From an uncultured Clostridia bacterium (lineage in GTDB: Bacteria; Bacillota; Clostridia; Christensenellales; Borkfalkiaceae): a DNA stretch of 64,000 nt. The notes under the pieces are model-generated. The model worked only from the letters and a program-made list of their open reading frames with translations, was not told the DNA's origin and made no database searches. Every line of letters starts with the position of its first letter. Position 1 is the stretch's first letter. The stretch is from positions 11,912 through 75,911 of the forward strand of contig CAYZOF010000002.1 in NCBI GenBank assembly GCA_964479935.1, in the 5' to 3' direction. Made by a program: the position numbers and the translations under genes. This document shows, one piece after another, positions 9,596 through 20,530 of this stretch.

Positions 9596-9624
9596 TTGAC
9601 ATGTTATAAAAAACATGATATCAT
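9596..9624 (+). promoter_or_regulatory. promoter for the ABC-2 exporter pair
   Basis: TTGACA (9596..9601) - 17 nt - TATCAT (9619..9624). Confidence 0.5.
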
Positions 9625-9655
9625 TTTAATATCAAATTTGCACTTAGGGGTGTTT

Positions 9656-10597
9656 ATGAAAGAAGATATTTTGCAGACTTCTGCGAAAGATATTATAAAG
9701 ATCGATCGACTTTGCAAGAGTTTCGGTGACGTAAAGGCGGTACGAGAATTAAGCTTTCGGGTGAAAGAAGGGGAGTTGTTTGCTTTTCTCGGTGTAAACG
9801 GCGCGGGAAAATCCACCACGATCAACGTTATGTGCGGTCAGTTGTCGAAAGACGGCGGTACCGTTGTTGTAGACGGCGCGAATTTGGATTCCGAGTCGGA
9901 ACGAATCAAGCGTACGCTCGGTGTCGTTTTTCAAAATTCCGTTTTGGATTCTGCATTAAGCGTATACGACAATTTGGAGAGCCGTGCCGCATTATACGGC
10001 ATAACCGGTGCCGTATTTAAGACTCGGTTGGCGGAGCTGGCGGACTTGTTGGCGTTCGAAGATCTGTTAAAACGTCCGGTCGGAAAGCTGTCCGGCGGAC
10101 AACGCCGAAGAATCGATGTAGCGCGCGCATTGCTCCACCGTCCGCGAATTTTGATATTGGACGAGCCGACGACCGGACTCGATCCGCAAACTCGGAAAAC
10201 GCTTTGGACAGTGATTGCCGATTTGCGAAAGAACGAGAAAATGACGGTTTTTCTTACGACGCATTACATGGAAGAAGCGGCTGAGGCGGATTACGTTGTC
10301 ATTCTCGACAGCGGTAAAATCGTTGCGGAAGGCACGCCGTTGGAATTGAAAAATATGTATACGGGAGATTTTATTACGCTTTACGACGTGGAAGAAAGTA
10401 AGCTGAAAACGCTTGGGGTAGAGTACGAAGCGATTCGAGGTGCGTTTCGGATTGCCGTGCCGAACACCGCGAAGGCGACGGAATTGATTTTGCGACATGC
10501 GGAGTTATTTACCGATTATGAAATAACGAAAGGGAAGATGGATGACGTATTTTTGAGCGTTACGGGTAAACGCTTGGAAGGAGGGAATGTAAAATGA
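9656..10597 (+). CDS. ABC transporter ATP-binding protein (ABC-2/DrrA-like exporter subunit)
   Basis: Walker A GVNGAGKSTT, signature LSGGQRRRIDVARAL, Walker B ILILDEPTTGLD. ATG 9656 is preceded by AGGGG; the upstream TTG-type start at 9596 falls inside the promoter. Confidence 0.9.
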   Translation: MKEDILQTSAKDIIKIDRLCKSFGDVKAVRELSFRVKEGELFAFLGVNGAGKSTTINVMCGQLSKDGGTVVVDGANLDSESERIKRTLGVVFQNSVLDSALSVYDNLESRAALYGITGAVFKTRLAELADLLAFEDLLKRPVGKLSGGQRRRIDVARALLHRPRILILDEPTTGLDPQTRKTLWTVIADLRKNEKMTVFLTTHYMEEAAEADYVVILDSGKIVAEGTPLELKNMYTGDFITLYDVEESKLKTLGVEYEAIRGAFRIAVPNTAKATELILRHAELFTDYEITKGKMDDVFLSVTGKRLEGGNVK

Positions 10598-11487
10598 ATA
10601 CGATTTTCGTTTTGATAAAACGTAATATGAAGCTGTTTTTCAAAGATAAGGGAATGTTTTTCACTTCGTTGATTACGCCTGTCATTTTACTCGTTCTATA
10701 CGCAACTTTTCTCGGGAATGTATACGATGACGTATTTACTTCAAACTTGCCGGAAGGCGTACAAATTTCCGAAAAGTTGTTGGGCGGACTTGTCGGAGGA
10801 CAGCTCGCGTCGTCGATGCTTGCCGTTTCCTGCATTACGGTTGCGTTTTGTTCTAATTTCCTTATGGTACAGGATAAGGCGAACGGTACGATAAAGGATC
10901 TTCGTATTTCCCCTGTTAAATCTTCGGCGTTATCGATAAGTTATTATATTGCTACGTTGTTATCCACGCTCCTGATTTGTCTTACGGCAACAGGCATTTG
11001 CTTGATTTACGTAGCGATAAAGGGTTGGTATATGTCTTTCGCGGATGTTGCGTGTTTGGTTGCAGACGTTGCGCTACTCACGTTTTTCGGTACGGCACTT
11101 TCGTCTGTTATCAATTATTTTTTATCATCGCAAGGGCAAATTTCGGCTGTGGGAACGATCGTCAGTGCAGGATACGGCTTTATCTGCGGAGCGTATATGC
11201 CGATTTCTTCTTTCGGAAGTGGTTTACAAAAAGTGCTTTCTTTTTTACCGGGAACGTACGGAACCGCACTCGTTCGGACGCATGCGATGCGCGGTGCTTT
11301 TACGGCGATGCAAAGTCAGGGTGTGCCTGCGGAAGTTGTAACTGTGCTTAAGGAATCGTTGGATTGTAAAGTTTTCTTTTTCGGAAACGTGGTCAGTGTT
11401 CCGGTTATGTACGGGATACTCATTGCTTTTATCGTCGTGTTGGTTGCCGTTTATGTGTTGTTAAACACGTTAAAAAAGAAAAATTAA
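10594..11487 (+). CDS. ABC-2 type transporter permease
   Basis: 297-aa protein with about 6 TM helices. Its start overlaps the ATPase stop (ATGA). Confidence 0.8.
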   Translation: MNTIFVLIKRNMKLFFKDKGMFFTSLITPVILLVLYATFLGNVYDDVFTSNLPEGVQISEKLLGGLVGGQLASSMLAVSCITVAFCSNFLMVQDKANGTIKDLRISPVKSSALSISYYIATLLSTLLICLTATGICLIYVAIKGWYMSFADVACLVADVALLTFFGTALSSVINYFLSSQGQISAVGTIVSAGYGFICGAYMPISSFGSGLQKVLSFLPGTYGTALVRTHAMRGAFTAMQSQGVPAEVVTVLKESLDCKVFFFGNVVSVPVMYGILIAFIVVLVAVYVLLNTLKKKN

Positions 11488-11530
11488 GGGAGCACGGTAT
11501 AATCGAACTTCACGACGCATATAATAGCCT

Positions 11531-12880
11531 ATGCGTTTAGAAAGTTTGAAGGAAATTAAGAAGGTATATTTTATCGGTATCGGCGGCATCAGCATGAGTT
11601 CGTTGGCAAAATTCCTTTCCGTCAACGGCTATGCGGTGTCGGGAAGCGATATACAACGAACGGAAACGACGGAATCTTTGGCGTTTTACGGAATCCATGT
11701 TTTTATCGGTGTAGAGGCAAACCGTTTGGAACTGGTAGAATGCGATGCGGTCGTGTATACGGATGCCGTTAAGGACAATCATAAGGAGCTTCAAAAGGCG
11801 CATTCGTTGGGCAAGATATGTTATTCGCGCGGTGAATTGTTGCGTTTGATTTGCGATGAATTTCCGCACGTAATCACGGTGGCGGGAAGCCACGGAAAAA
11901 CGACGTGCACCGCTATGTGTGCGCATATTTTGAAAGCGGTAGCCGCGCCGTTCACGGCGCATATCGGCGGTGAGGACGGCACGTTCGGGAATTTTTGTGC
12001 GTACGGATCGGAATATTTTTTAACGGAAGCCTGCGAATATAAGAAGAATTTGCTAAAATTGAGAAGCGAAATTGCGATTTTGTTGAATATCGACAAGGAC
12101 CACATGGAGTGTTATCGCGATGAGGCGGAATTATCGGATTGCTTTCGGCAATACGTAGAGTCGGCAAAGACCGCGTTCGTTTGCGCGGATGACGAAAAAT
12201 GTCGAGCGTTAGGGGATTTCCCGAGTTTTGGCATACGGAGTTCAACGGCGGATTATCGGGCGGTGGATTTGCGTGAAAACGGAGAGCGATACTCGTTTAC
12301 GGTCGAGGAGTACGGAAAACCGATTTGTCGCGTGCGGTTAAACGCCATCGGTCGCTGTAATATTTATAATGCGTTGGCGGCTTTTTCCGCCGTACGTTCG
12401 TTTGGGTTTCGAGAAAAGGATATCGTCAGGGGATTGGAGTCGTTTACCGCCGTGCGGCGACGTTTCGAGCGAATCGGTACCTATCGAGGTGCTACGTTTA
12501 TTTGCGATTATGCGCATCACCCCAGTGAAATTTTGTCTACGGTCGCGACGGCAGAGGGAATATGTAAAGGGAAGTTATTTGTCGTTTTTCAGCCGCATAC
12601 CTATTCGAGGACGAAATTGCTCATGCAAGAATTTGTGCAAGCTCTTCGTCCGATTAAAAATCTTATGATTTTTAAGGCGTATCCGGCTCGCGAGAAATAT
12701 GACGCCGAGGGCAGTGCGGAGCTTATGGCGCAAACGATCGGCGGTTGTCTGTATGCGGAGAATATGTACATATTGAGAATGTGGTTAAAAAAGACGCTAA
12801 AAGAAGGCGACATCGTATTGTTTTTGGGCGCAGGAGATATTTATTATATAGCGCAGTATTTATTAAAAGACTTAAAATAA
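11531..12880 (+). CDS. murC: UDP-N-acetylmuramate--L-alanine ligase MurC
   Basis: FIGIGGISMSSLA N-terminal motif, AGSHGKTTCTAM P-loop, Mur ligase C-terminal domain. Confidence 0.93.
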   Translation: MRLESLKEIKKVYFIGIGGISMSSLAKFLSVNGYAVSGSDIQRTETTESLAFYGIHVFIGVEANRLELVECDAVVYTDAVKDNHKELQKAHSLGKICYSRGELLRLICDEFPHVITVAGSHGKTTCTAMCAHILKAVAAPFTAHIGGEDGTFGNFCAYGSEYFLTEACEYKKNLLKLRSEIAILLNIDKDHMECYRDEAELSDCFRQYVESAKTAFVCADDEKCRALGDFPSFGIRSSTADYRAVDLRENGERYSFTVEEYGKPICRVRLNAIGRCNIYNALAAFSAVRSFGFREKDIVRGLESFTAVRRRFERIGTYRGATFICDYAHHPSEILSTVATAEGICKGKLFVVFQPHTYSRTKLLMQEFVQALRPIKNLMIFKAYPAREKYDAEGSAELMAQTIGGCLYAENMYILRMWLKKTLKEGDIVLFLGAGDIYYIAQYLLKDLK

Positions 12881-12953
12881 GACAAAAAAACGTCGAAAAA
12901 AGCGAAAAAGTAAAAAAACTCGTTTTTTCGGCGATTTTTTTTGCCTGAAACTA

Positions 12954-12982
12954 TTGATAAAATCAAAAAAAAATGTTATAAT
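12954..12982 (+). promoter_or_regulatory. promoter for ftsK (extended -10)
   Basis: TTGATA (12954..12959) - 17 nt - TATAAT (12977..12982), with TGt immediately upstream of the -10. Confidence 0.6.
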
Positions 12983-13010
12983 ACTAAGGTATAATTAGGA
13001 GGTAATTCCT

Positions 13011-16000
13011 TTGAAAAACGATGATAATAAAAAGTCGGAGTTATCCGAAGATAAAAAAGAATCGGAACTTGTCACCAAAGAGAGCTTCAGTGCGGTATGT
13101 GCATTGTTTTCATTGATTGCGTTTTTGATTTTGTGTACGAAATCTTTCATTTTCGGAGAGTTTGGAGATGCGGTACACGCGTTTCTTACGGGGGTGTTCG
13201 GATATTTTGCTTATCCGTTGTTTTTGGGTGGCATATATTTCTTTTCTATGGCGTTGATCGGAAAACGTTTGGTCAAGAACAGAAAAGTTGTTTTATGCGT
13301 GATCCTCGGAATTGTTTTCGCAGAATTGATTTTGCATACGGCTTTGACATATAACTGGCAACTCGACGGGTATTTGTCGGCTTGTTTCGACGCAGGAAAG
13401 AATTTCCCGTCTTCGACGATCACCGGGTGGTTTGGCGGCTTGTTCGTATTCGTGTTCGCTTCGGCATTTTCGAAAACGGGTGCAATCGTTTGCTTTGCGA
13501 CCTTCGCGGTGATTTCCGTATACTTGGCTGTGATATTCGCTCGTAAATCTACGAAAAAAGCACCCAAGAAAGAAGAGAAAAAGTACGAGATTCCCGTGAC
13601 GCAACTCGCATCGGAGCTTCCGACGAAGAGCGAAGAAGCGCATGTCGCGCCTCCTTCGACGCCGAGTTATCAAGCACCGACGAACGCATACGTCGCGCAG
13701 GTGCAACAACGCCCCGGCGTTCGTTTGAACGAACGTGAGGAGCAACCTTCCGTCGGCGGCGCGTTTTCTCCGTTCGGAACGTCGCAAACCATGCAGGAAA
13801 AGGATTCCGCTTGGTTGGAAAAATCGTACGACAACAGTCGCGAATATTTATTCGGGACGACGCCTGCGGAAAATTATAAGAAGAATTTGATTTTCGACCC
13901 TAATTCCAGCGCGAACAGACGTCCGCCCGTAGATCCTTATCAGCCTGCTGTACAGAGTGGTTTTACGCCTTCGTATTCGGATGCTTACGCGACGTCGGTC
14001 GATAATCACGAAGACATCGCGCCTATAAAAATCGTGACGGATGCTACTTATGGATATCGTAGCGAAGATTACGACAGAGAACCTACCGCCACCGAAACGC
14101 GACAAGAGCCGTCGTATTTTGGAAATTACGGAGGGGCGGAGGAAACGATTCCTACGCAGCCTGCTCAACCGCAGGAGAATAAAATTCCAGACATACAGCC
14201 GTTGCCGACGTACGAACCGGAGTCGACTTTCTTGCATACGGACGAGCCTTTTCGCACGCAATCGCTTTTTGGAGAGAGAGAGGCTTTTCGACCGGCGGAA
14301 ACGCATGTTGAAGAAGATCGAACGGAACGTTTTGTCGAAGACCGTGAGGAGCCTGTAGTTCCCGAACGTTCCGACCGCGCGGATTCGGCTTATCGCCGAC
14401 ATGACTACATGGAACTTTTCTCGACGGAGAATCCCAACATATTCGGAAATGAGGATCGGGATACCGTATTGGGCGGAGAGAATTCTGTGCGTTCGGACGA
14501 ACGCGAATCACGGTGGGGAAGTTCGAATTGGGAGAGCGACCCGACGCCGTTTGACAATACGGAAAGGGATTCGATTGTCGAAAGGAATTCCGATAGAAAC
14601 GAAGAAAACGCACGCAACGAACGCGATGCGTTGCGTTTGTTCGACGAGACTCCCGAGGACGACCCGTATTCGTTGCGCTCGGATTTCGAAGCACCTACAA
14701 GCGATCGCGCAGATTTCAATTTGGACGCAGGTAGCTCCCTTTATAATAGAGACGGCGAGTATTCATCGGATCGAGCGGACAGCCGTACGGGTTTTGCGGA
14801 GGAAGAAACTTCGAGAGGAGTCGAAAACGATTTTTATTCGCCGAGAAACGAATTTGTCGAACTACCGAGAATTCAGGAACCGCCGAAGCCGAAAAAACCG
14901 CATATTCCCAAACCGTACGTATGCATGAGTTTGGACGATTTGGACTGTCGCGATATCGAGCCGACGGCAAACCAAGCGGAAGTTGAGGAAACCAAAGAAA
15001 CCATTATTGCGATTTTGGAAGATTTCAAGGTGACGGGGGCAACGATCGCCTCCGTGACGTTCGGACCTACCGTCACAAGATATAACGTGACGTTACCGCG
15101 CAGTGTATCGCCGAAAAAAGTCGTCGCACTCGATCAATCGATTGCGATCGGGTTGCACGCTAACGGCGTCAATATCTATCCGAATTACGAGGACGGCGTC
15201 GTCAGTATCGAAGTCCCGAACAAAAAACGACAGTTCGTGCAACTCGGCTGTATGTTGTCCGGCGATACATACGTAAACGCGAAACCCTCTTCGCTTATGT
15301 TTGCGATGGGGAAAGACGTTGCCAATCGGAAAGTCTACGGCGATATTTCCAAAATGATACACTTGCTCGTTGCAGGTGCATCCGGATCGGGTAAGAGCGT
15401 ATTTTTGGGCGCGCTCATTATCAGTTTGATCCAAAAATATTCCCCCGAAGAATTGCGTTTGATCTTGATTGACCCGAAAAAGACGGAATTCGTTTTGTAT
15501 AACGATTTGCCGCATTTGATGATCAACGAAATCATTACCGATGTCGGTAAGGCAGTGCAAAGTTTGAATTGGGCGATAGAGGAAATGAATCGTCGATACG
15601 GCTTGTTCCAAGAAATGACGCGAAACGGCGCGTATGTCGTGAATCTGGAACAGTACAACGCGCAAATGAAAAAACACGAACGCTTGCCGAAAATCGTTAT
15701 TATCATAGATGAGCTTGCCGATTTGATGCTTGCCGCGAAAAAAGATATCGAAGACAGGATTCAGAATTTGACGCAAAAAGCGCGTGCAGCCGGTATCCAT
15801 ATGATCGTTGCGACGCAACGTCCGTCAACGGACGTTATTACGGGCGTCATCAAGAGCAATTTGCCGACGCGAGTCGCGTTCGGCGTTGCGACGGACGTGG
15901 ATTCCCGAGTCATTCTCGATCAAGGCGGTGCGCAGAAGTTGCTCGGAAAAGGTGATTTTCTTTACACCATGCAGGGAATCAATACGCCCGTTCGAGTGCA

Positions 16001-16370
16001 GAGCGCGTTTATTTCTCCCGAAGAATCCTTAAAAGTCGTGAACTTTATCAAAGAGCATAACGAAGCCTATTACGATGAGGAAGCGACAGCGTATATCAAC
16101 AACACCAAGACGTCTTCCGGCGGAGGAGGCGGCAATGCCGGTGAAAAAGATATTGAGCCGGTCTATATCGAAGCTTTGAAGTACGTGATTTTGAGCGGTA
16201 GTGCTTCCATTTCCATGATTCAGCGTAAATGCTCGGCAGGGTATAACAAAGCCGGCAGGATTATCGAATGGATGGAAGAAATGGGCTATATTTCGGCGTT
16301 TGACGGTGCGAAGGCTCGTAAGGTGCTGATTACGCAAGAGGAATTCGAGGCGAAATACGGTCCGATGTAA
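13011..16370 (+). CDS. ftsK: DNA translocase FtsK/SpoIIIE
   Basis: N-terminal 4-5 TM helices and a ~450-aa disordered linker. Motor domain has Walker A VAGASGSGKS, Walker B IVIIIDELADLM and VATQRPS. The gamma winged helix reads ISMIQRKCSAGYNKAGRIIEWMEEMGYIS. TTG start lies 8 nt after AGGAGG. Confidence 0.95.
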   Translation: MKNDDNKKSELSEDKKESELVTKESFSAVCALFSLIAFLILCTKSFIFGEFGDAVHAFLTGVFGYFAYPLFLGGIYFFSMALIGKRLVKNRKVVLCVILGIVFAELILHTALTYNWQLDGYLSACFDAGKNFPSSTITGWFGGLFVFVFASAFSKTGAIVCFATFAVISVYLAVIFARKSTKKAPKKEEKKYEIPVTQLASELPTKSEEAHVAPPSTPSYQAPTNAYVAQVQQRPGVRLNEREEQPSVGGAFSPFGTSQTMQEKDSAWLEKSYDNSREYLFGTTPAENYKKNLIFDPNSSANRRPPVDPYQPAVQSGFTPSYSDAYATSVDNHEDIAPIKIVTDATYGYRSEDYDREPTATETRQEPSYFGNYGGAEETIPTQPAQPQENKIPDIQPLPTYEPESTFLHTDEPFRTQSLFGEREAFRPAETHVEEDRTERFVEDREEPVVPERSDRADSAYRRHDYMELFSTENPNIFGNEDRDTVLGGENSVRSDERESRWGSSNWESDPTPFDNTERDSIVERNSDRNEENARNERDALRLFDETPEDDPYSLRSDFEAPTSDRADFNLDAGSSLYNRDGEYSSDRADSRTGFAEEETSRGVENDFYSPRNEFVELPRIQEPPKPKKPHIPKPYVCMSLDDLDCRDIEPTANQAEVEETKETIIAILEDFKVTGATIASVTFGPTVTRYNVTLPRSVSPKKVVALDQSIAIGLHANGVNIYPNYEDGVVSIEVPNKKRQFVQLGCMLSGDTYVNAKPSSLMFAMGKDVANRKVYGDISKMIHLLVAGASGSGKSVFLGALIISLIQKYSPEELRLILIDPKKTEFVLYNDLPHLMINEIITDVGKAVQSLNWAIEEMNRRYGLFQEMTRNGAYVVNLEQYNAQMKKHERLPKIVIIIDELADLMLAAKKDIEDRIQNLTQKARAAGIHMIVATQRPSTDVITGVIKSNLPTRVAFGVATDVDSRVILDQGGAQKLLGKGDFLYTMQGINTPVRVQSAFISPEESLKVVNFIKEHNEAYYDEEATAYINNTKTSSGGGGGNAGEKDIEPVYIEALKYVILSGSASISMIQRKCSAGYNKAGRIIEWMEEMGYISAFDGAKARKVLITQEEFEAKYGPM

Positions 16371-16389
16371 TCAAAGGAAGTTAGTAATT

Positions 16390-17721
16390 ATGTTGGAAAA
16401 TAAAACATTCGGCGTCATTTCATTGGGATGCGATAAAAATCGTGTCGATACGGAAAAATTGATCGGACTTTTGAAAGACGCAAATTGCGTGTTGACGGAC
16501 GATTTGTCACAGGCACAAATCGTCATCGTCAATACCTGCGCCTTTTTGCAATCGGCGCGCGAGGAAGCAATTCAAACCATTCTCGAATGCGCGGAGTATA
16601 AAAAGGATAAATTGGAGAAAATAGTAGTAACCGGTTGTTTGCCGCAAAAATTCATCGGTGAGCTTTACGAGCCGTTGCTCGAGGCAGATGTTTTTCTGGG
16701 AATCAACGACTACGAGCGTATTTTCGAAGCGTTGGAAAATTCCTATAATAAACGGGAACGGCAAAACTACGTCGGTTGCGGAAACGACGGCTATCGTTAC
16801 AGAAGAGTTTTGACGACGGACGAGCATGTGGCATATTTGAAGATTGCCGACGGTTGTTACAATCATTGCACATATTGCCTGATTCCGAAAATTCGCGGAA
16901 AATATCGCTCCTATCCCATGGAAAATTTGGTGAAAGAAGCGCAAATGCTCGGAGATATTTCGGAATTGCTTATCGTTGCGCAGGATACGACGCGCTACGG
17001 AGAGGATCTGTACGGCAAAAATCGTTTCGTGGAGTTATTGCAACGTTTGTCGAAATTGGAGAATATTGAAAAAATCCGATTATTGTATTGCTATCCGGAC
17101 GTGATCACGGACGAATTGATCGAGGAAGTTCGAACCAACGAGAAAATCGAAAAGTATCTGGATATTCCTTTGCAACACTCCGAAGACAGAATATTAAAGC
17201 TCATGAATCGAAAAGGCAATCGAGACGGATATTTGCAGCTTTTCGCACGTTTACGGGAGCGTATTCCCGGGATTTCGCTCCGTTCCACGTTTATAACGGG
17301 TTTTCCGACGGAAACGGAAGAAGAGTTCGAGCGTATGAAAGAATTTTTGCAAGAAGCAAAACTTTTCAATTGCGGTTTTTTCGCGTATTCGCGAGAGCCG
17401 GATACAGCCGCCGCTAAAATGCGTCCGCAGGTGCATGCGGCAACGAAAAAACGCAGAGTGAAAGCACTTTATGCGGTACAAGAAAAGATTTCCGAATCGC
17501 TTCTTGCGCAATTCTGCGGCAAGTCGCTTGAGGTGCTTTGCGACGGTATCGATTACGAAAAAGGTTGTTTTGTCGGAAGAGCGTACTTTAACGCGCCGGA
17601 TATTGACGGAAAGGTATACTTTCACGCAAGGGAAGCCGTACAGGGCAAACGCTACGAGGTACGGATCGACCGCACGGACAGTTATGATTTATACGGACAT
17701 ACGGAGGATTACGAATTATGA
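16390..17721 (+). CDS. rimO: radical-SAM methylthiotransferase, RimO type (ribosomal protein S12 methylthiotransferase)
   Basis: N-terminal MTTase domain (SLGCDKNRVDTE, VNTCAF), radical-SAM CYNHCTYC, C-terminal TRAM. The position before pgsA-cinA-recA is typical for rimO. MiaB cannot be excluded by eye. Confidence 0.8.
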   Translation: MLENKTFGVISLGCDKNRVDTEKLIGLLKDANCVLTDDLSQAQIVIVNTCAFLQSAREEAIQTILECAEYKKDKLEKIVVTGCLPQKFIGELYEPLLEADVFLGINDYERIFEALENSYNKRERQNYVGCGNDGYRYRRVLTTDEHVAYLKIADGCYNHCTYCLIPKIRGKYRSYPMENLVKEAQMLGDISELLIVAQDTTRYGEDLYGKNRFVELLQRLSKLENIEKIRLLYCYPDVITDELIEEVRTNEKIEKYLDIPLQHSEDRILKLMNRKGNRDGYLQLFARLRERIPGISLRSTFITGFPTETEEEFERMKEFLQEAKLFNCGFFAYSREPDTAAAKMRPQVHAATKKRRVKALYAVQEKISESLLAQFCGKSLEVLCDGIDYEKGCFVGRAYFNAPDIDGKVYFHAREAVQGKRYEVRIDRTDSYDLYGHTEDYEL

Positions 17722-18314
17722 ATTTACCGAATAAAATCACGTTAACGCGAATTTTTTTGATTCCCGTTTTCGTTTTGCTTTTTTTCTTGGAATGTTTACC
17801 GTTTCATTACGGCATTGCGGCAATTTTGTTTGCATTGGCGGCATGTACGGATTTTATCGACGGGCATATCGCGCGTTCGAGAGGTCTTGTGACTAATCTC
17901 GGCAAATTTTTAGATCCGATTGCCGATAAAGTGCTTGTTTCGACGGCGATGATTTTGATCTTGACGTTGCGTAGCGGTTTATTTGAACTTTTTTCCGATA
18001 TTTCCGCTTGGTTATATGTTGTTACGGCGATTTGCATTTGCGTCATTATGGCGCGTGAGCTGATTATCAGTGCGTTTAGACAGATTGCGGCGGTGAACGG
18101 CGTGGTGCTCGCGGCGGAGAAACTCGGGAAGTATAAAACGACCTTTCAGGATATTTCGATTTTCTTTTTGATTTTCGCGACGGATTTCAGTGGGTCTGCA
18201 GGAAAAATTTTCGGCGGAATCGGTTTTGTGTTGTTTGCCGTTGCAACGGTGCTTACCGTCTGGTCCGGCATTTCCTATGTCGTAAAAAATAAAAAGGTGT
18301 TACAGGATTCTTAA
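17718..18314 (+). CDS. pgsA: CDP-diacylglycerol--glycerol-3-phosphate 3-phosphatidyltransferase
   Basis: CDP-alcohol phosphatidyltransferase motif DFIDGHIARSRGLVTNLGKFLDPIADK. 198-aa membrane protein. Confidence 0.92.
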   Translation: MNLPNKITLTRIFLIPVFVLLFFLECLPFHYGIAAILFALAACTDFIDGHIARSRGLVTNLGKFLDPIADKVLVSTAMILILTLRSGLFELFSDISAWLYVVTAICICVIMARELIISAFRQIAAVNGVVLAAEKLGKYKTTFQDISIFFLIFATDFSGSAGKIFGGIGFVLFAVATVLTVWSGISYVVKNKKVLQDS

Positions 18315-18336
18315 AAGGAAGGAAGGGGATATCGCC

Positions 18337-19443
18337 GTGAAAAACGTATGCATTGTGCTAAGGAGCGATAAAGACGCGCTCTCCGACAATCGATTTCTTG
18401 TCGTTACGGACATCTTTGCGTCTGCAGGTTACGATTTTCGTGAAATCCGCATTCTCTATCAATCGGATTCCACGGAAACGCTTGCTGCATTGACCGAAGT
18501 GAAGTCGTTTTCAGAGAATATATTGCTTTTGTGCGAAAAATCCTTTTTGGCGGAGGCAAAAATGCATATAGCGACAGTTTTTCCGTCGGGAATTTACCAA
18601 GGCGGCGTAAACGGAGCCGGAATTTATGCCGATAAGGATTCCGCATGTTTTTTATTATCGGCGGATCTTACCGATACAGGCGCGGAGTTCGCTCGAAAAA
18701 TCGGCGTTCCGTTTTTGCAAAAACGTTATCGTTCTCGGTATGAGCGTTACATGATTCGTACGGTCGGAGCAAATGAAGCACGTATCGAACAGTTGATTGC
18801 AAAAGCAAAAACTTTTGCCCCGACGAATATTTCTTATCATCACGTTCGTTTACACGGGATAGATACTTTGGAAATTTTGTACGACGCGAACGCGCCGAAG
18901 GCTTTGATAGACGATACGATTCGATTGTTTGCGGACGGGTTGAGCGATTGCATTTTCGCTTTGGAAGATGTCTCGTTGGAGGAGCAACTTGTACGGCTAC
19001 TCAAACTGCGCGGTAGAAAGCTCAGCGTTGCGGAATCGTTTACCGGAGGCGGAGTCAGTAGACGCATAGTTTCCGTTCCGGGGGCGAGCCAGGTTTTTTT
19101 CGAGGGATTGAATACGTATGACGAGTTAGCGAAAGTAAAGCGGCTCGGCGTATCGGAATATACCTTAAAAACCATGGGGGCGGTGTCCGATCAAACAGCA
19201 TACGAAATGGCTACAGGGTTGTTAAATACAGGGAATTGCGATATTTCGATTGCGACGACGGGACTTGCAGGTCCGAATACGGATCGTTCCATGTTGCCCG
19301 TCGGGTTGTGTTTTATTTCGGTAGGGGTAAAAGACAGAGTTTTCGTCTATCGGTATAAGTTTGACGGAACGCGAGAAGAAATTACGGAAACGGCAATCAA
19401 TTACGCATTATTTTTGGCGTATAAACAATTAAAAAATATTTAA
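18337..19443 (+). CDS. cinA: CinA-family protein (C-terminal PncC-type nicotinamide-nucleotide amidohydrolase domain; divergent N-terminal half)
   Basis: C-terminal [34 protein letters not shown], and synteny with recA. GTG start; an alternative ATG lies at 18348. Confidence 0.75.
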   Translation: MKNVCIVLRSDKDALSDNRFLVVTDIFASAGYDFREIRILYQSDSTETLAALTEVKSFSENILLLCEKSFLAEAKMHIATVFPSGIYQGGVNGAGIYADKDSACFLLSADLTDTGAEFARKIGVPFLQKRYRSRYERYMIRTVGANEARIEQLIAKAKTFAPTNISYHHVRLHGIDTLEILYDANAPKALIDDTIRLFADGLSDCIFALEDVSLEEQLVRLLKLRGRKLSVAESFTGGGVSRRIVSVPGASQVFFEGLNTYDELAKVKRLGVSEYTLKTMGAVSDQTAYEMATGLLNTGNCDISIATTGLAGPNTDRSMLPVGLCFISVGVKDRVFVYRYKFDGTREEITETAINYALFLAYKQLKNI

Positions 19444-19469
19444 TCGAAAAAATAGCAGGAGAAAAATAT

Positions 19470-20498
19470 ATGAATGAAAAAAACACAGAAAAAATGAAGG
19501 CTCTCGACGCCGTATTGTTGCAAATCGAAAAGCAATACGGAAAAGGCTCTATCATGCGTTTGGGTGATGAAGCAGGCAGTACGGAAATCGAAGTGATTTC
19601 TTCCGGTTGTCTTACTTTGGATTTAGCCTTGGGGATCGGCGGCTTTCCGCGAGGTAGAATTATCGAAATTTACGGACCCGAATCTTCTGGTAAGACAACG
19701 GTGGCGTTGCATGCGATTGCGGAAGCGCAAAAAGCCGGTGGCGTAGCCGCTTTCATCGACGCGGAGCATGCGTTGGATCCCGTTTACGCGAAGAAACTGG
19801 GCGTCAATTTGGACGAGTTGTACGTTTCGCAACCCGACACGGGCGAACAGGCGCTCGATATTACCGACGCACTGGTAAGAAGCTCGGCTGTTGACATCAT
19901 CGTCATCGACTCCGTTGCGGCGTTGACTCCCAAGGCGGAAATCGAGGGCGACATGGGCGACGCGCACGTCGGCTTGCAGGCGCGTTTGATGTCGCAAGCA
20001 TTGAGGAAATTGACGGCAATCGTAAATAAATCAAAGACTTGCGTTATCTTCATTAACCAACTTCGCGAAAAAGTGGGTATCATGTTCGGAAACCCCGAGA
20101 CGACGCCTGGTGGTAAAGCTCTGAAATTCTATGCAAGTATTCGTTTGGACGTTCGTAAGGCGGATACGTTGAAAGATTCGGACGGCGCGATGGGGAACAG
20201 AACCAAAGCGAAAGTGGTGAAAAACAAGCTTGCGCCTCCGTTTAAGCAAGCCGAATTCGATATCATTTTCGGAGAAGGCATTTCTCGTGAAGGGTGTATT
20301 ATCGATATGGGCGTTCAATACGATATTATCGGGAAAAGCGGTTCGTTTTTCAGCTACAACGGCATAAAAGTCGCGCAAGGTCGTGAAAAGCTTCGTTTGT
20401 ATTTGAGAGATAATCCCGAAGTCATGACAGAAATCGAAAACAAAATCCGTGACGCGGCAAAAGGCAAAACGGAAATTGCGCCTCCGGTCGAAGAATGA
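19470..20498 (+). CDS. recA: recombinase RecA
   Basis: [13 protein letters not shown] Walker A and [10 protein letters not shown]. Full-length 342 aa. Confidence 0.98.
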   Translation: MNEKNTEKMKALDAVLLQIEKQYGKGSIMRLGDEAGSTEIEVISSGCLTLDLALGIGGFPRGRIIEIYGPESSGKTTVALHAIAEAQKAGGVAAFIDAEHALDPVYAKKLGVNLDELYVSQPDTGEQALDITDALVRSSAVDIIVIDSVAALTPKAEIEGDMGDAHVGLQARLMSQALRKLTAIVNKSKTCVIFINQLREKVGIMFGNPETTPGGKALKFYASIRLDVRKADTLKDSDGAMGNRTKAKVVKNKLAPPFKQAEFDIIFGEGISREGCIIDMGVQYDIIGKSGSFFSYNGIKVAQGREKLRLYLRDNPEVMTEIENKIRDAAKGKTEIAPPVEE

Positions 20499-20530
20499 CG
20501 CGGTGGTATGAAGTAATATAGAATTGCAAC

